64,000 bases of DNA, taken from positions 384,001 to 448,000 of the forward strand of contig CAWKMU010000004.1 in NCBI GenBank assembly GCA_963850905.1, in the 5' to 3' direction. The first letter of the stretch is position 1; each line of letters starts with the position of its first letter. The DNA is from an uncultured Gemmatimonadales bacterium. Its GTDB lineage: Bacteria; Gemmatimonadota; Gemmatimonadetes; Gemmatimonadales; Gemmatimonadaceae. The position numbers were made by a program, and so were the translations under genes. Positions 1 to 8,951 of this stretch are shown piece by piece. The notes beneath the pieces are model-generated. The model saw nothing but the letters and a program-made list of their open reading frames with translations, was not told where the DNA came from and did no database searches.

Positions 1-1445
1 TCGATGTCGAATTCCTGACGCCAGTACACGGTCGGCGCATGCCCGCGCGGCGCTTGAATGAGCTCTGCTTCGACCCGCGCGATGGCGTTGCCCTTGGCCT
101 GCGGCAGCCAGCGCACCTCACCGGTCAGTAGGTACGGGACACTCAGCTCCCGCGCGATCTGATCCGGTGGCTTCGTGGTGTGCGCGTACGTCAGCGAGCT
201 CCCCCGCGCGATCACCTGCAGGCCGGGCATCTGCGCCAACGCGCCGCGAATCTCGTCCGTCACGCCGTCGGTGAAATACCGGACCGACGAATCTCCGACG
301 CTCTCGAACGGCAGCACGGCCAGCATGACCGCCCGATGCTCGGCCCCGTATCGCTCGACCGCTGCATATGTCCCGATCCCAACGATCGCCAGAACGGCGA
401 TGGCAATGGCGGCAGGTCGTCGTGCCCACCACGCCCGACGTCCTCGCGGCGCCTCGACGCCCCCGCCCTCAGACTGCGAAAGGCGGGGCTCGGCCGCCGC
501 CTCGCGACTTGTCCGGATCGTCGCCGGTGTGGCATCGTGCGCCGGAAGCACGGACGGGGCAGCGCCAGGCTCCCCGACGGCGCCCAGCGCAGCGGCAAAC
601 TCGCCCGCGGTCTTGTAGCGATCGGCCGGCGAGCGGGCGAGCGCAATTTCCACCGCCGTTTCCATAGACGCCGGAATCCGGTCCCGTACCGCCCGGAGCG
701 GCAACGGCCGCTCCACCAGCCGACGTGCAACCAGAGCCTGCGGAGTCGCCCCGGTAAACGGGGGCTCGCCCGCCAACATCTCATACAGCACACACGCCAA
801 GGCGTACACATCCGTCCGCCCATCGACCTCGCCCGCACCCGCCGTCTGCTCGGGACTCATGTACTCCAACGTCCCCAGACTCACGCCCGCATCGGTCAGC
901 CGCGCGCCAGTCCCCGGTCCCCCCGCTTCGAGCGCTGCACTCCAGCGGTCGCGGGCCACTCCAAAATCCGCCAGCAGCGCCTCGCCGTCGGCCGAGAGCA
1001 GGATGTTCTCCGGCTTGACGTCCCGGTGCACCACACCGTGGCGATGCGCATAGTCGAGCGCACTCGCCACTTCGCGTGTGATCCGCAGGGCGTCGCCGAG
1101 CGACAACTGATGCTCTCGCGAGAGGCGCTCGCGCAGGCTCTCGCCCTCGACATAGGGCATCGTGTACCAGAACGGGCCGGCGCCACCGGCGCCCTCGCCC
1201 GAGTCGAGCAGCGCAAGGATGTGCGGGTGCTGCAGCTGGGCCGCGATCGCAATTTCGCGACGGAAACGAGCCTGACCCACAGCGCGGGCGAGCTCGGGAT
1301 GCAGCACCTTCAGCGCCACCAAGCGGCCGTGTCGGGTATCCTCGGCCAGATAGACCGTGGCCATCCCCCCGCGACCGAGTTCCCTATCGATCTGGTAGCG
1401 GTCACCTACCGCCGACTGGAGCTCGACCGCGGCGTCAAGGGACAC
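1..1445 (-). CDS. Hanks-type Ser/Thr protein kinase with TM segment and TolB-like C-terminal region (runs off window)
   Basis: Manual translation from GTG at 1445: ELGRGGMATVYLA, VALKVL, HRDVKPEN, LADFG, YMSPEQ, DVYAL, then a TM helix and LAVLPFE...YFTDGVTDEI. Absent from the ORF track because the stop lies outside the window. Confidence 0.93.
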   Translation of the reverse strand, partial: MSLDAAVELQSAVGDRYQIDRELGRGGMATVYLAEDTRHGRLVALKVLHPELARAVGQARFRREIAIAAQLQHPHILALLDSGEGAGGAGPFWYTMPYVEGESLRERLSREHQLSLGDALRITREVASALDYAHRHGVVHRDVKPENILLSADGEALLADFGVARDRWSAALEAGGPGTGARLTDAGVSLGTLEYMSPEQTAGAGEVDGRTDVYALACVLYEMLAGEPPFTGATPQALVARRLVERPLPLRAVRDRIPASMETAVEIALARSPADRYKTAGEFAAALGAVGEPGAAPSVLPAHDATPATIRTSREAAAEPRLSQSEGGGVEAPRGRRAWWARRPAAIAIAVLAIVGIGTYAAVERYGAEHRAVMLAVLPFESVGDSSVRYFTDGVTDEIRGALAQMPGLQVIARGSSLTYAHTTKPPDQIARELSVPYLLTGEVRWLPQAKGNAIARVEAELIQAPRGHAPTVYWRQEFDI

Positions 1446-1638
1446 AGCCACAAGCTAGAACCCGGCCGCGGAGACGCAAGGAAACAAAAGAGATACGGGC
1501 GTCCGGTCTCACGCGGACCCTGGCTTGACTGCGGTTTTCCCCATCCACATTGCCGTCGCAAGCCGTAGCTTATGGCCCGTCTACTACCTCGACAGCGTGC
1601 GCCGGTGTCGGCGCTTTTCAGCCTTTTGGCGGGACATA

Positions 1639-2091
1639 ATGAAAATTTGGACCCATTTTGCAGCCACTACCCTGGGCGTCCAGGCCATGGGCCTCGCGGG
1701 CCCGGACCTCGCCTTGGCCTACACCTTCGGCATGGCCGTCGACGTCGATCATGTGATCAAGCTGCCGTTTTACCTCAAAGCCGTCGGCCTGAAAGACAAG
1801 CGTGGCTACTACTGGCGGTCGTCGCTGCAGGAGCCCGTCGCCCTGCTCTGGATCCTGCCGCTCTGCTATTTCCTCGGGACGTGGATCCCCGTGATCTTCT
1901 TCCTGATTCACGTGGCCATGGACTACAGCGTCCGCTTCGAGAAGATGCCCTTCTTCCCGTACTCGAACTGGGTCACCCGCGGCTGGCTCACCGGCATCCC
2001 GGACTGGGCGAAAGAGGTCCCCCTGCTCATCGTCCTCGTCCTGCTCAACGTCGCAGTCTTCTCCGTCGCCCGCGGCTGGCTCCATGTTTGA
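1639..2091 (+). CDS. Small membrane protein, YdjM-like metal-dependent hydrolase
   Basis: MKIWTH...DVDH...HVAMD His/Asp pattern with hydrophobic helices; overlaps the next gene. Confidence 0.55.
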   Translation: MKIWTHFAATTLGVQAMGLAGPDLALAYTFGMAVDVDHVIKLPFYLKAVGLKDKRGYYWRSSLQEPVALLWILPLCYFLGTWIPVIFFLIHVAMDYSVRFEKMPFFPYSNWVTRGWLTGIPDWAKEVPLLIVLVLLNVAVFSVARGWLHV

Positions 2092-2689
2092 GCGCGTGCC
2101 GGCGATCGGCCGGCTCTCCGACACGTTCGTCAGAGCGCCGATGCGCTTTCTGCACCTCAAGCTCGGCCTCTCACCCGCGCAGGTCTCCTGGGCGGCGTTC
2201 GGCGCAAGCCTCGTCGCCGCAGTCGTGATCGGCACGGGGCGATTGGGCTGGGGCCTGGGATTCATGGCCCTGGGTCAGATCCTCGACGGGATGGACGGCG
2301 GGATTGCACGCGAGTTCAACCTCGTGTCGGACTACGGGAAGAAGCTCGACGAAGCGCTCGATCGCGCGTCCGAGACGGTAATCTTCCTCGGATTCGCCGT
2401 CGCGGGGATCGTGCCGGTCGGGCTCGTGGTCCTCGCACTCATTGCGATCGGGCTCCTCACGACCGTGTCGCACCGCGCGAAGTTCGATCCCGGGATGAAG
2501 CGCTTCGCGCTGTACTTCGGCGTCTTCTTCTCGTACTCGCTCATCTTCAAGGTCATCTTCGCGGTCAATCTGGCCGGCTACGTGATCGATCTCCTGATCA
2601 TCGACTGCCAATTCCAGCGCGAGATGGACACACTCGGCGGCGATCTCGACACCGTTGCCTCCCGAGCTGCCGCGCTCGAGAACAAGTAG
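2084..2689 (+). CDS. CDP-alcohol phosphatidyltransferase family protein
   Basis: Signature DGMDGGIAR...GKKLDEALD. Confidence 0.9.
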   Translation: MFERVPAIGRLSDTFVRAPMRFLHLKLGLSPAQVSWAAFGASLVAAVVIGTGRLGWGLGFMALGQILDGMDGGIAREFNLVSDYGKKLDEALDRASETVIFLGFAVAGIVPVGLVVLALIAIGLLTTVSHRAKFDPGMKRFALYFGVFFSYSLIFKVIFAVNLAGYVIDLLIIDCQFQREMDTLGGDLDTVASRAAALENK

Positions 2690-2707
2690 CGCCGCGACTC
2701 CCGAGCC

Positions 2708-3595
2708 GTGACCAATCTCGGACAACGCGTCGCCGTCGGCGTCGTGGCGATCCCGCTCATCCTGCTGCTGTGCGTCGTGGGCGGTGTCTACTTCTTCCTC
2801 TTCGCCGCCGCCGCATCGGCCGTCGCACTGCGCGAGTTCTACGCGCTTGCCGAAACGAAAGGCGCGCGCCCGCTCGTGCTCCTCGGGCTCATCGCCGGCT
2901 TCGCCGTCAACTTGTGCTTCTTCCTGCCTGTCGCGACCCGGCCCCCACTGCTGGTGATCGTGCTCCTCGTCAGCGTCATCGCCTTCAGCCTGCGCGAGCT
3001 GTTCCACAACCAGGGGTCGCCCATCGCCAATCTGTCCACGACGATCCTGGGGGTGCTGTACATCTCGCTGTTCTTCGGCACCCTGATCGGCATCCGCGAG
3101 CTGTTCACGCCGGCATCCATCCCGCCGACCCACATCTTCCCCTCCGGCTTCGTTGAGGCGCACCCGCGCGAGGAGATCTACCGCTGGGGCGGATACATGA
3201 CGATCGCCGTCTTCGCGATCATCTGGATTTGCGACTCGGCCGCCTTTCACGTCGGAGTCGCGTGGGGCAAGCACAAGCTCTTTCCACGCGTGAGCCCGCA
3301 GAAGAGCTGGGAGGGCGCGATCGCTGGATGCGCCTTCGGCATCGGCGCAGGGATCGCGGCGAAATACATCGGGCTGCCGTTCCTGCCCCTCACGGGCGCG
3401 ATCCTCATCGGCGCGATCGTGGGCACCATCGGACAGCTCGGTGACTTGACCGAATCGCTGCTCAAGCGCGACGCCGGGGTCAAGGACTCCTCCAAACTCA
3501 TCCCCGGCCACGGCGGCGCGTTCGATCGCTTCGACAGCGTGCTGATGGTCTCGCCCTGCGTCTATCTCTACCTCTGCTGGCTCTTCCGCACGTGA
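2708..3595 (+). CDS. cdsA: Phosphatidate cytidylyltransferase
   Basis: SPQKSWEG, GDLTESLLKRDAGVKDSSKLIPGHGGAFDRFDS. Confidence 0.95.
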   Translation: MTNLGQRVAVGVVAIPLILLLCVVGGVYFFLFAAAASAVALREFYALAETKGARPLVLLGLIAGFAVNLCFFLPVATRPPLLVIVLLVSVIAFSLRELFHNQGSPIANLSTTILGVLYISLFFGTLIGIRELFTPASIPPTHIFPSGFVEAHPREEIYRWGGYMTIAVFAIIWICDSAAFHVGVAWGKHKLFPRVSPQKSWEGAIAGCAFGIGAGIAAKYIGLPFLPLTGAILIGAIVGTIGQLGDLTESLLKRDAGVKDSSKLIPGHGGAFDRFDSVLMVSPCVYLYLCWLFRT

Positions 3596-3671
3596 TGCGA
3601 TAAGCGGCTGACCAACGGGGCGTCCGCGCCGTCTCGCCGCCCGGCGGTAATGCGATGAACGCCTGAACAAT

Positions 3672-3842
3672 GGGATGCCCGCGCGGTATCGCCCCCGGCG
3701 GGTAGGGGCGACGCAATGCGTCGCCCTCCGTCACCGCCCGCGCCATCTGCTCGTAGACCGAACACAACATGGCGGGATACCCGCACGGTATCGCCTCCGG
3801 CGGGTAGGGGCGACGCATGCGTCGCCCTCCTTCACCGCCCGC
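3672..3842 (+). repeat. Two direct-repeat units, each containing a GTAG-REP hairpin (3702, 3804)
   Basis: GTAGGGGCGACGCA(A)TGCGTCGCCCT with shared flanks, 102 bp apart. Confidence 0.85.
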
Positions 3843-3920
3843 ACGATCGGGTCGCGTTGGGATTGTATTCCGAACCACCCGATTGCGTCGCCCTTGCCCC
3901 CGTCCATCCGCCTACATAAC

Positions 3921-3935
3921 TTCGACATTGTCGTA
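3921..3935. promoter_or_regulatory. Putative PadR autoregulatory operator
   Basis: Palindrome TTCGACATTGTCGTA about 15 bp upstream of the padR ATG. Confidence 0.45.
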
Positions 3936-3949
3936 CAAATCGAGACGAC

Positions 3950-4267
3950 ATGCTTGGAGAATTCGAACAGGTCGTGATGCTGGCGTTGATGCGCGTGGGG
4001 GAGGATGCGTATGGCATCCCCGTCCGCGATGAGATCCTGGCCCGCACAGGCCGCGAGCCATCGCTCGGCGCGATCTACAAGACTCTCGCGCGCCTCGAAG
4101 ACAAGCGCCTGGTCACCGCACACGTCGGCGAACCGACCGCCCGCCGCGGCGGCAGAAGGACGCGCTGCTACACCGTCACAGTTGCCGGTCAACGCGCCCT
4201 CCAGACCACACTCCGCTCGGTCCAGCGCATGGCCGCCGGACTCGACCTGGGAGTCGAGCGCCCATGA
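3950..4267 (+). CDS. PadR family transcriptional regulator
   Basis: LGEFEQVVMLAL...AYG...GAIYKTLARLEDK...RGGRRTRCYTVT wHTH. Confidence 0.92.
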   Translation: MLGEFEQVVMLALMRVGEDAYGIPVRDEILARTGREPSLGAIYKTLARLEDKRLVTAHVGEPTARRGGRRTRCYTVTVAGQRALQTTLRSVQRMAAGLDLGVERP

Positions 4268-4721
4268 TGGCCAATGCGCCACGACCGCCGCGCGTCGCAC
4301 TCTGGTTGCTCCAGCGACTCCCGCAGCCGTGGCGCGAGCATGTGACGGGCGACTTGGTCGAGGACTTCCAGCGCCGCCGCGCGGCGGGATCCAAACTGAG
4401 CGCATGGGCCTGGTTTTGGCGCGAGACCGTGGCGAGCGTGACGTCCTTGCGAGAGACTGGACCGGCGCCGCTGCGAGCATTCTGGGGATGATCATCGGCC
4501 AGGGCGTTCGTCTCGCGGTGATCGGCAGCGCGCTGGGCTGCGTCGGTGCGTTCATCATGACCCGCTTCCTGCGCGCACTATTGTATCAGATTACGCCGAT
4601 GGATCCCGCCACCATCGTGAGCGTCAGCGCCGTGCTGGGAATGGTCGCACTGTGCGCATGCCTCATTCCCGCCGTCAAAGCTGTCCGCATCGATCCGATT
4701 TCAGCCCTACGAGACAGCTAG
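4264..4721 (+). pseudogene. Internally deleted ADOP/FtsX-type ABC permease
   Basis: N-terminal prefix (PPRVALWLL..GDLVE) in one frame joined to the C-terminal FtsX end (GQGVRLAVIG..LLYQITPMDP..IPAVKAVRIDPISALR) in another; follows padR. Confidence 0.8.
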
Positions 4722-4729
4722 GTCTTTCG

Positions 4730-4760
4730 CCCCAGACCCCAAACCCCAGACCCCGCCGTT
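4730..4760 (+). repeat. Heptamer tandem repeat (CCCCAGA/CCCCAAA) ending in ACCCCGCCGTT
   Basis: Direct reading; same terminus near 19635, 24726 and 29123. Confidence 0.75.
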
Positions 4761-4765
4761 AGGTC

Positions 4766-6073
4766 TTACTGCTTGTAATCCAGCAGCGCCTGATACACCA
4801 GCATGGGCAGCTCGGCGGCGATCGTGCTCCGGTTCGGCAGCAGTTGCGTCATGTACACGATCACGAGCCGCTGGCGTGGGTCGACCTCGTAGGTGGTCCC
4901 GTAGGCGCCGCTCCAACCGAAGGTCCCCACTGACTCGACACGCCCGTCCGCACCGGGTCGGAGTATGACGGAGAAGCCTAGGCCAAATCCGACACCGCTG
5001 TGCGAGTAGAGGGTATCCGTCTGGTTTGTCGTCATGAGCGCGACGGTCGCCGGCGAGAGGATGCGGACGCCATCGAGCACGCCGCCATTGCGCATCATCT
5101 CGAGGAACCGGGCATAGTCGGCAGCCGTCGACGTTAGACCCGCCCCGCCGGAATAGCTCATGCGCGGGCCGTCGACGTAGCTCCCTTGTCCGCGTGGGCC
5201 GTCCGCGGCCCGCACCACGCTGTCCCCGTCGCTCGTCCCGTACACCGTGGCCAATCGTTCGTGATCGGCGGGCAGCACGAAGAAGTGCGTGTCGCGCATC
5301 TTCAGGGGACCAGTGATGCGCTGATCGATGAAATCGGCGAGCGACATCCCGGAGGCGCGCTCCACGACGCAGCCCAGGATGTCGGTGTTGTAGCCATACA
5401 CGAACCGCGCGCCCGGCTGCGCAGCGAAGGGGAGGCTCGCGAGTCGCTCCATGGTCTCGCAGATCGGCTCGTCCTTGTCCCCCGTGTACCAGCCGTAGCC
5501 GGCCGCCGGCCCCAGTCCCTTCGCCCGATAAAACTGGGCGAGCCCGCTGTCGGTGCCGTAGGAGATGCCCGCGGTGTGCGTGAGCAGGTCGTGGATCGTA
5601 ATCGGCCGCTGCGCCACGACGACCGCGTACCCCGAGGAGGCGTGCTGCAACACAGTCGTGCGCGCGAACTCGGGGATGAACCGCGACACCGGGTCCGTGA
5701 GCGCAATGCGCCCCTCTTCGACCAAGGACATCACGGCGACACTGGTGATCGCCTTGGTTTGAGACGCAATGCGGAAGATGGCATTGGTACGCATCTGCCG
5801 GCCTTCCTCGCGATCCGCCCATCCGAAGGCCCGCTCGTACGCGGTCTGACCATCGCGAAGCACCAGGATGACCGCGCCCTCGATTTCGCGCCGGTCGAGC
5901 GCGCGGGCGAACGCGCTGTCGATTCGTGACAACCGCTCGCTCGAAAACCCGGGAGCGGCGACCGACGCGCCCTCGCTCGGCGGCATCTGTTTGTGCCTGT
6001 GCTGCGCCGCGCAAATGACTGGCGCGCCGAGGAGAAGAACGGCTCCCATGGTGACGCCGGCGTGTCGCCACAT
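4766..6073 (-). CDS. Secreted serine hydrolase, beta-lactamase (class C-like) family
   Basis: FRIASQTK (SxxK), LLTHTAG, YGYN, GWSG; signal peptide. Confidence 0.9.
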   Translation of the reverse strand: MWRHAGVTMGAVLLLGAPVICAAQHRHKQMPPSEGASVAAPGFSSERLSRIDSAFARALDRREIEGAVILVLRDGQTAYERAFGWADREEGRQMRTNAIFRIASQTKAITSVAVMSLVEEGRIALTDPVSRFIPEFARTTVLQHASSGYAVVVAQRPITIHDLLTHTAGISYGTDSGLAQFYRAKGLGPAAGYGWYTGDKDEPICETMERLASLPFAAQPGARFVYGYNTDILGCVVERASGMSLADFIDQRITGPLKMRDTHFFVLPADHERLATVYGTSDGDSVVRAADGPRGQGSYVDGPRMSYSGGAGLTSTAADYARFLEMMRNGGVLDGVRILSPATVALMTTNQTDTLYSHSGVGFGLGFSVILRPGADGRVESVGTFGWSGAYGTTYEVDPRQRLVIVYMTQLLPNRSTIAAELPMLVYQALLDYKQ

Positions 6074-6287
6074 ACACCCTCCGCCTGGCTGACTGGAGGA
6101 CCACGCTGCTGGCAGTCTACCGCCACCCGCGAGCAAGCTACCTGATCAGGACGCACTCGCCAGACCGGACATGATCCCATTGTTTTTCTTTACGCACAAG
6201 GTGTTGCCCACCGGCGACTGACCGCGCATCGTCATGCGGTTCATCGTTCGCCTCCGACATAGTGATACCGACGCCGGCAGCACCCCT

Positions 6288-7225
6288 ATGACTCCACGAC
6301 GCATCGTCTCCTTCCTGCCAGCATCGACCGAAACGGTGTGTGCACTCGGGCTCGTGGATCAGCTCGTCGGTATCACCCACGAGTGCGACTTCCCGTCGGA
6401 GGTCAGGAATAAGCCCGTCGTCGTCCGCAGCGCGATCGCGACCGACCGTATGACCCCGCGCGAGGTCGACGTGGCAGTGGGCGAGCGGCTTCGGCGCGGC
6501 CAGAGCCTGTATTGGGTCGACGAGGAGCTCCTGCGGAAACTCGAGCCCGATCTCATTCTGACGCAGACCCTGTGTGAGGTCTGTGCGCCGTCGGGGAACG
6601 AAGTGTCGCAGGTTCTCGAGACGCTGCCGACGCAACCGGAGGTCCTCTGGTTCACCCCCAGGTCCCTGACGGACATCGACGACGGCATCCGCACGATCGG
6701 TGGCGCGACGGACACGCGAGATTCAGCCAAGACATTGATCGGATCGGGGCGCGCGCGGCTCGAGCGGGTGTCCGCCGCGCTGTCGCAGACACGACACCGC
6801 CGGCAGGTCTTCTGCATGGAGTGGCTGGATCCGGTGTACTGCAGCGGTCACTGGATCCCCGAGGAATGGTGGAGCTCGCAGGCGGGACCGACATCCTGGC
6901 GCGACGCAACTCGGATTCGATTCGAGTGTCGTGGAACGCGGTACGCGAATCGGCTCCCGAGGTCCTCATCCTGATGCCCTGCGGGTTCGACATCGAACGC
7001 ACGGTCGCGCAGGCGGCAGACTTGGTGAAGCAGCCAGGCTGGTTCGAGATCCCCGCCGTTCGGTCGGGACAGGTCTACGTGGTCGATGCCAACGCCTACT
7101 TCGCCCGCCCCGGCCCGCGAGTGGTCACGGGAGTGGAACTGCTCGCCCACCTGTTCCACCCCGACCTGGTCCCCTGGGACGGGCCGCCCGACGCGTTTCA
7201 GCAACTCGACCTGACCCTCTCGTAA
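6288..7225 (+). pseudogene. BtuF-like cobalamin/siderophore-binding protein, frameshifted near 6864
   Basis: RIVSFLPASTE, VGITHECDFP, GHWIPE then a frame change to MVELAGG...YFARPGPR; extra GA in CCC GAG GA ATG. May be a sequencing error. Confidence 0.8.
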
Positions 7226-7226
7226 T

Positions 7227-7359
7227 GTCCGCACCTTTGCCCGTGTCCCGGCCGGTAGGGGCGACGCCATGCGTCGCCCTCGTGCACCGTCCGCACCTTT
7301 GCCCGTGTCCCGGCGGGTAGGGGCGACGCAATGCGTCGCCCTCGTGCACCGTCCGCACC
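7227..7359 (+). repeat. Tandem 62-bp units containing GTAG-REPs (7255, 7317)
   Basis: GTCCGCACCTTTGCCCGTGTCCCGG-C(C/G)G-GTAGGGGCGACGC..TGCGTCGCCCTCGTGCACC twice; related copy at 20159-20211. Confidence 0.9.
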
Positions 7360-7393
7360 GTGAGATCCGCCGAGCCACCGGGCGCGAAGCGCC

Positions 7394-8764
7394 CTAGCCC
7401 GCCGCGCGCTCCTGGACCTGCTGCTCCCCACCCTCCGCAACGACCGCGGCCAATGCATCGACGACGCGCGCGTCCAGTTTGCCGCTGGCGACGTCGCGCC
7501 TGAGCACCGTCAACGCGGCTGCGGGTGGAAACGCCGCCCGGTAGGACCAATGTGCGGTGAGCGCATCGTACATGTCCGCGACCGTCAGGATCCGGGCGGC
7601 CAGATCGAGCCGCGCACTGCCCTGCCGCCATGGGTACCCCGAGCCGTCGAGCTTCTCGTGGTGGAGCGCCGCCATGAGCGAAAACTCGGAGAACGCAGCC
7701 ACCCGGGAGAGGATCTCGAACGTGTATACCGGATGCCGCTCGAGCGTGCGCCGTTCGTCGCTGGTGAGTGGCCCTGGCTTATCGAGGATGCGATTCGACA
7801 CCCCCAGTTTGCCGATGTCGTGCAGCCAGCCGGCTCGCGCGATGCGCCGCTGCGCGCCTGCCAGGAACCCCAGCTGCCGGGCAATCCGGATGGCGTAGGA
7901 GGACACGCCAGCAGAATGCTCGTATGTGTACGGCGACTTCGCATCGATGATCTCGGCGAAGGCGTTCGCGATCCCGTCCAGAGCCGGTTCGTCCACGTAT
8001 CGCAACCGGTCCCGCGGCTCCAGGGCGACGACGGTCGCGTTGATCCCAGGGTCGTGGAGCGCGCCCCACCATCCGGCATCCCCGCGCCAGGTAGTGGCGA
8101 TTCGGACGAGCGCTGGGTCGAACCACGTGCCGCTCCGGGCGCGTGCCGCCGCCAGCGCCGCACCGCTCCCCCGCAGCGTGCGAAACCCGTCGAGTGTCTG
8201 CGCGAGCAACACGATCCGCGCGAGCAGAGGGATTTCCTCCCCGCGCAGCCCGTCAGGATGCCCGCGCCCCGCCCAGTGTTCGTCCAGCGACCGGATCGCC
8301 CCGACCGTCGCCGTGGGAAACCCGAGGCGCTCGGCGATCTCCGCCCCTCGCTCGCATCGGAGGCGAATGAGGTCGCGTGTCATGTCCGGCGTGCGCGCGA
8401 TCGTGAGGAACTGTTTCACGCGAGTCGCCAGCGGCAGACCGCGCCCGACCTGTCGCGCCGTGGCAAACGCCAGTCGCACGCGCTTGTGCCAATCCTGGAG
8501 CTTGAGGCCTGGCTTGACCACGCGGTCGTCGGACGCGAAGAGGGCTGCCATCCGCGCGGCGTTGCTCGAGCACCCCGCGTCCTTGAGCAAGAGCGCGTAG
8601 TAGAGCGCGGACCGGTCGTCCGCGCTCAACCCGGCTTCCTCGCCCAATCGCATGCCGATGACACACGACCGCAGCGTGTGTCCCGGCGCCTGTCCCTCCG
8701 TCAGATCGAGCGCGTACGACAGCGCCGAGAGCACTTCGGAGGTACTGACGTGAAGTTGCCGCAC
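7394..8764 (-). CDS. Tandem HD-GYP domain phosphodiesterase (start uncertain)
   Basis: C-terminal HDIGK and HHEKLDGSGYP; degenerate N-terminal domain (LLKDAG, HWAGRGHPDG). Confidence 0.9.
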   Translation of the reverse strand: MRQLHVSTSEVLSALSYALDLTEGQAPGHTLRSCVIGMRLGEEAGLSADDRSALYYALLLKDAGCSSNAARMAALFASDDRVVKPGLKLQDWHKRVRLAFATARQVGRGLPLATRVKQFLTIARTPDMTRDLIRLRCERGAEIAERLGFPTATVGAIRSLDEHWAGRGHPDGLRGEEIPLLARIVLLAQTLDGFRTLRGSGAALAAARARSGTWFDPALVRIATTWRGDAGWWGALHDPGINATVVALEPRDRLRYVDEPALDGIANAFAEIIDAKSPYTYEHSAGVSSYAIRIARQLGFLAGAQRRIARAGWLHDIGKLGVSNRILDKPGPLTSDERRTLERHPVYTFEILSRVAAFSEFSLMAALHHEKLDGSGYPWRQGSARLDLAARILTVADMYDALTAHWSYRAAFPPAAALTVLRRDVASGKLDARVVDALAAVVAEGGEQQVQERAAG

Positions 8765-8808
8765 GTCCGATAGACGACTCGGCGCGAGGGGTTGGTCACA
8801 GACGGATA

Positions 8809-8939
8809 AAGCGGGTCTGGGGTATGGGGTTTCGGGCTTGGGGAACAAACGCCAAGGGCCAGCCACGGCGCGCCGCAGCTGACCCTTTGGCTTTGTTGCC
8901 CTTACCCCAAACCCCAAACCCTAAACCCCAGACCCGCTT
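8809..8939. repeat. About 130-bp imperfect inverted repeat with heptamer-repeat arms
   Basis: AAGCGGGTCTGGGGTATGGGGTTTCGGG... pairs with ...CCCCAAACCCTAAACCCCAGACCCGCTT. Confidence 0.85.
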
Positions 8940-8951
8940 CTCAGCCGTTCC

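Noticed and set aside
180..1568. 462-aa + strand ORF and other long antisense ORFs (e.g. 2171-3670, 17277-18995, 34563-36173)
   Set aside because: Shadows of well-supported genes on the opposite strand, typical of high-GC DNA
4766..6073. True beta-lactamase controlled by the BlaI/BlaR locus
   Set aside because: Generic serine hydrolase 26 kb away with no operator copy seen upstream
6137..6287. Possible cobalamin riboswitch before the btuF-like gene
   Set aside because: No B12-box or other conserved core recognisable by eye
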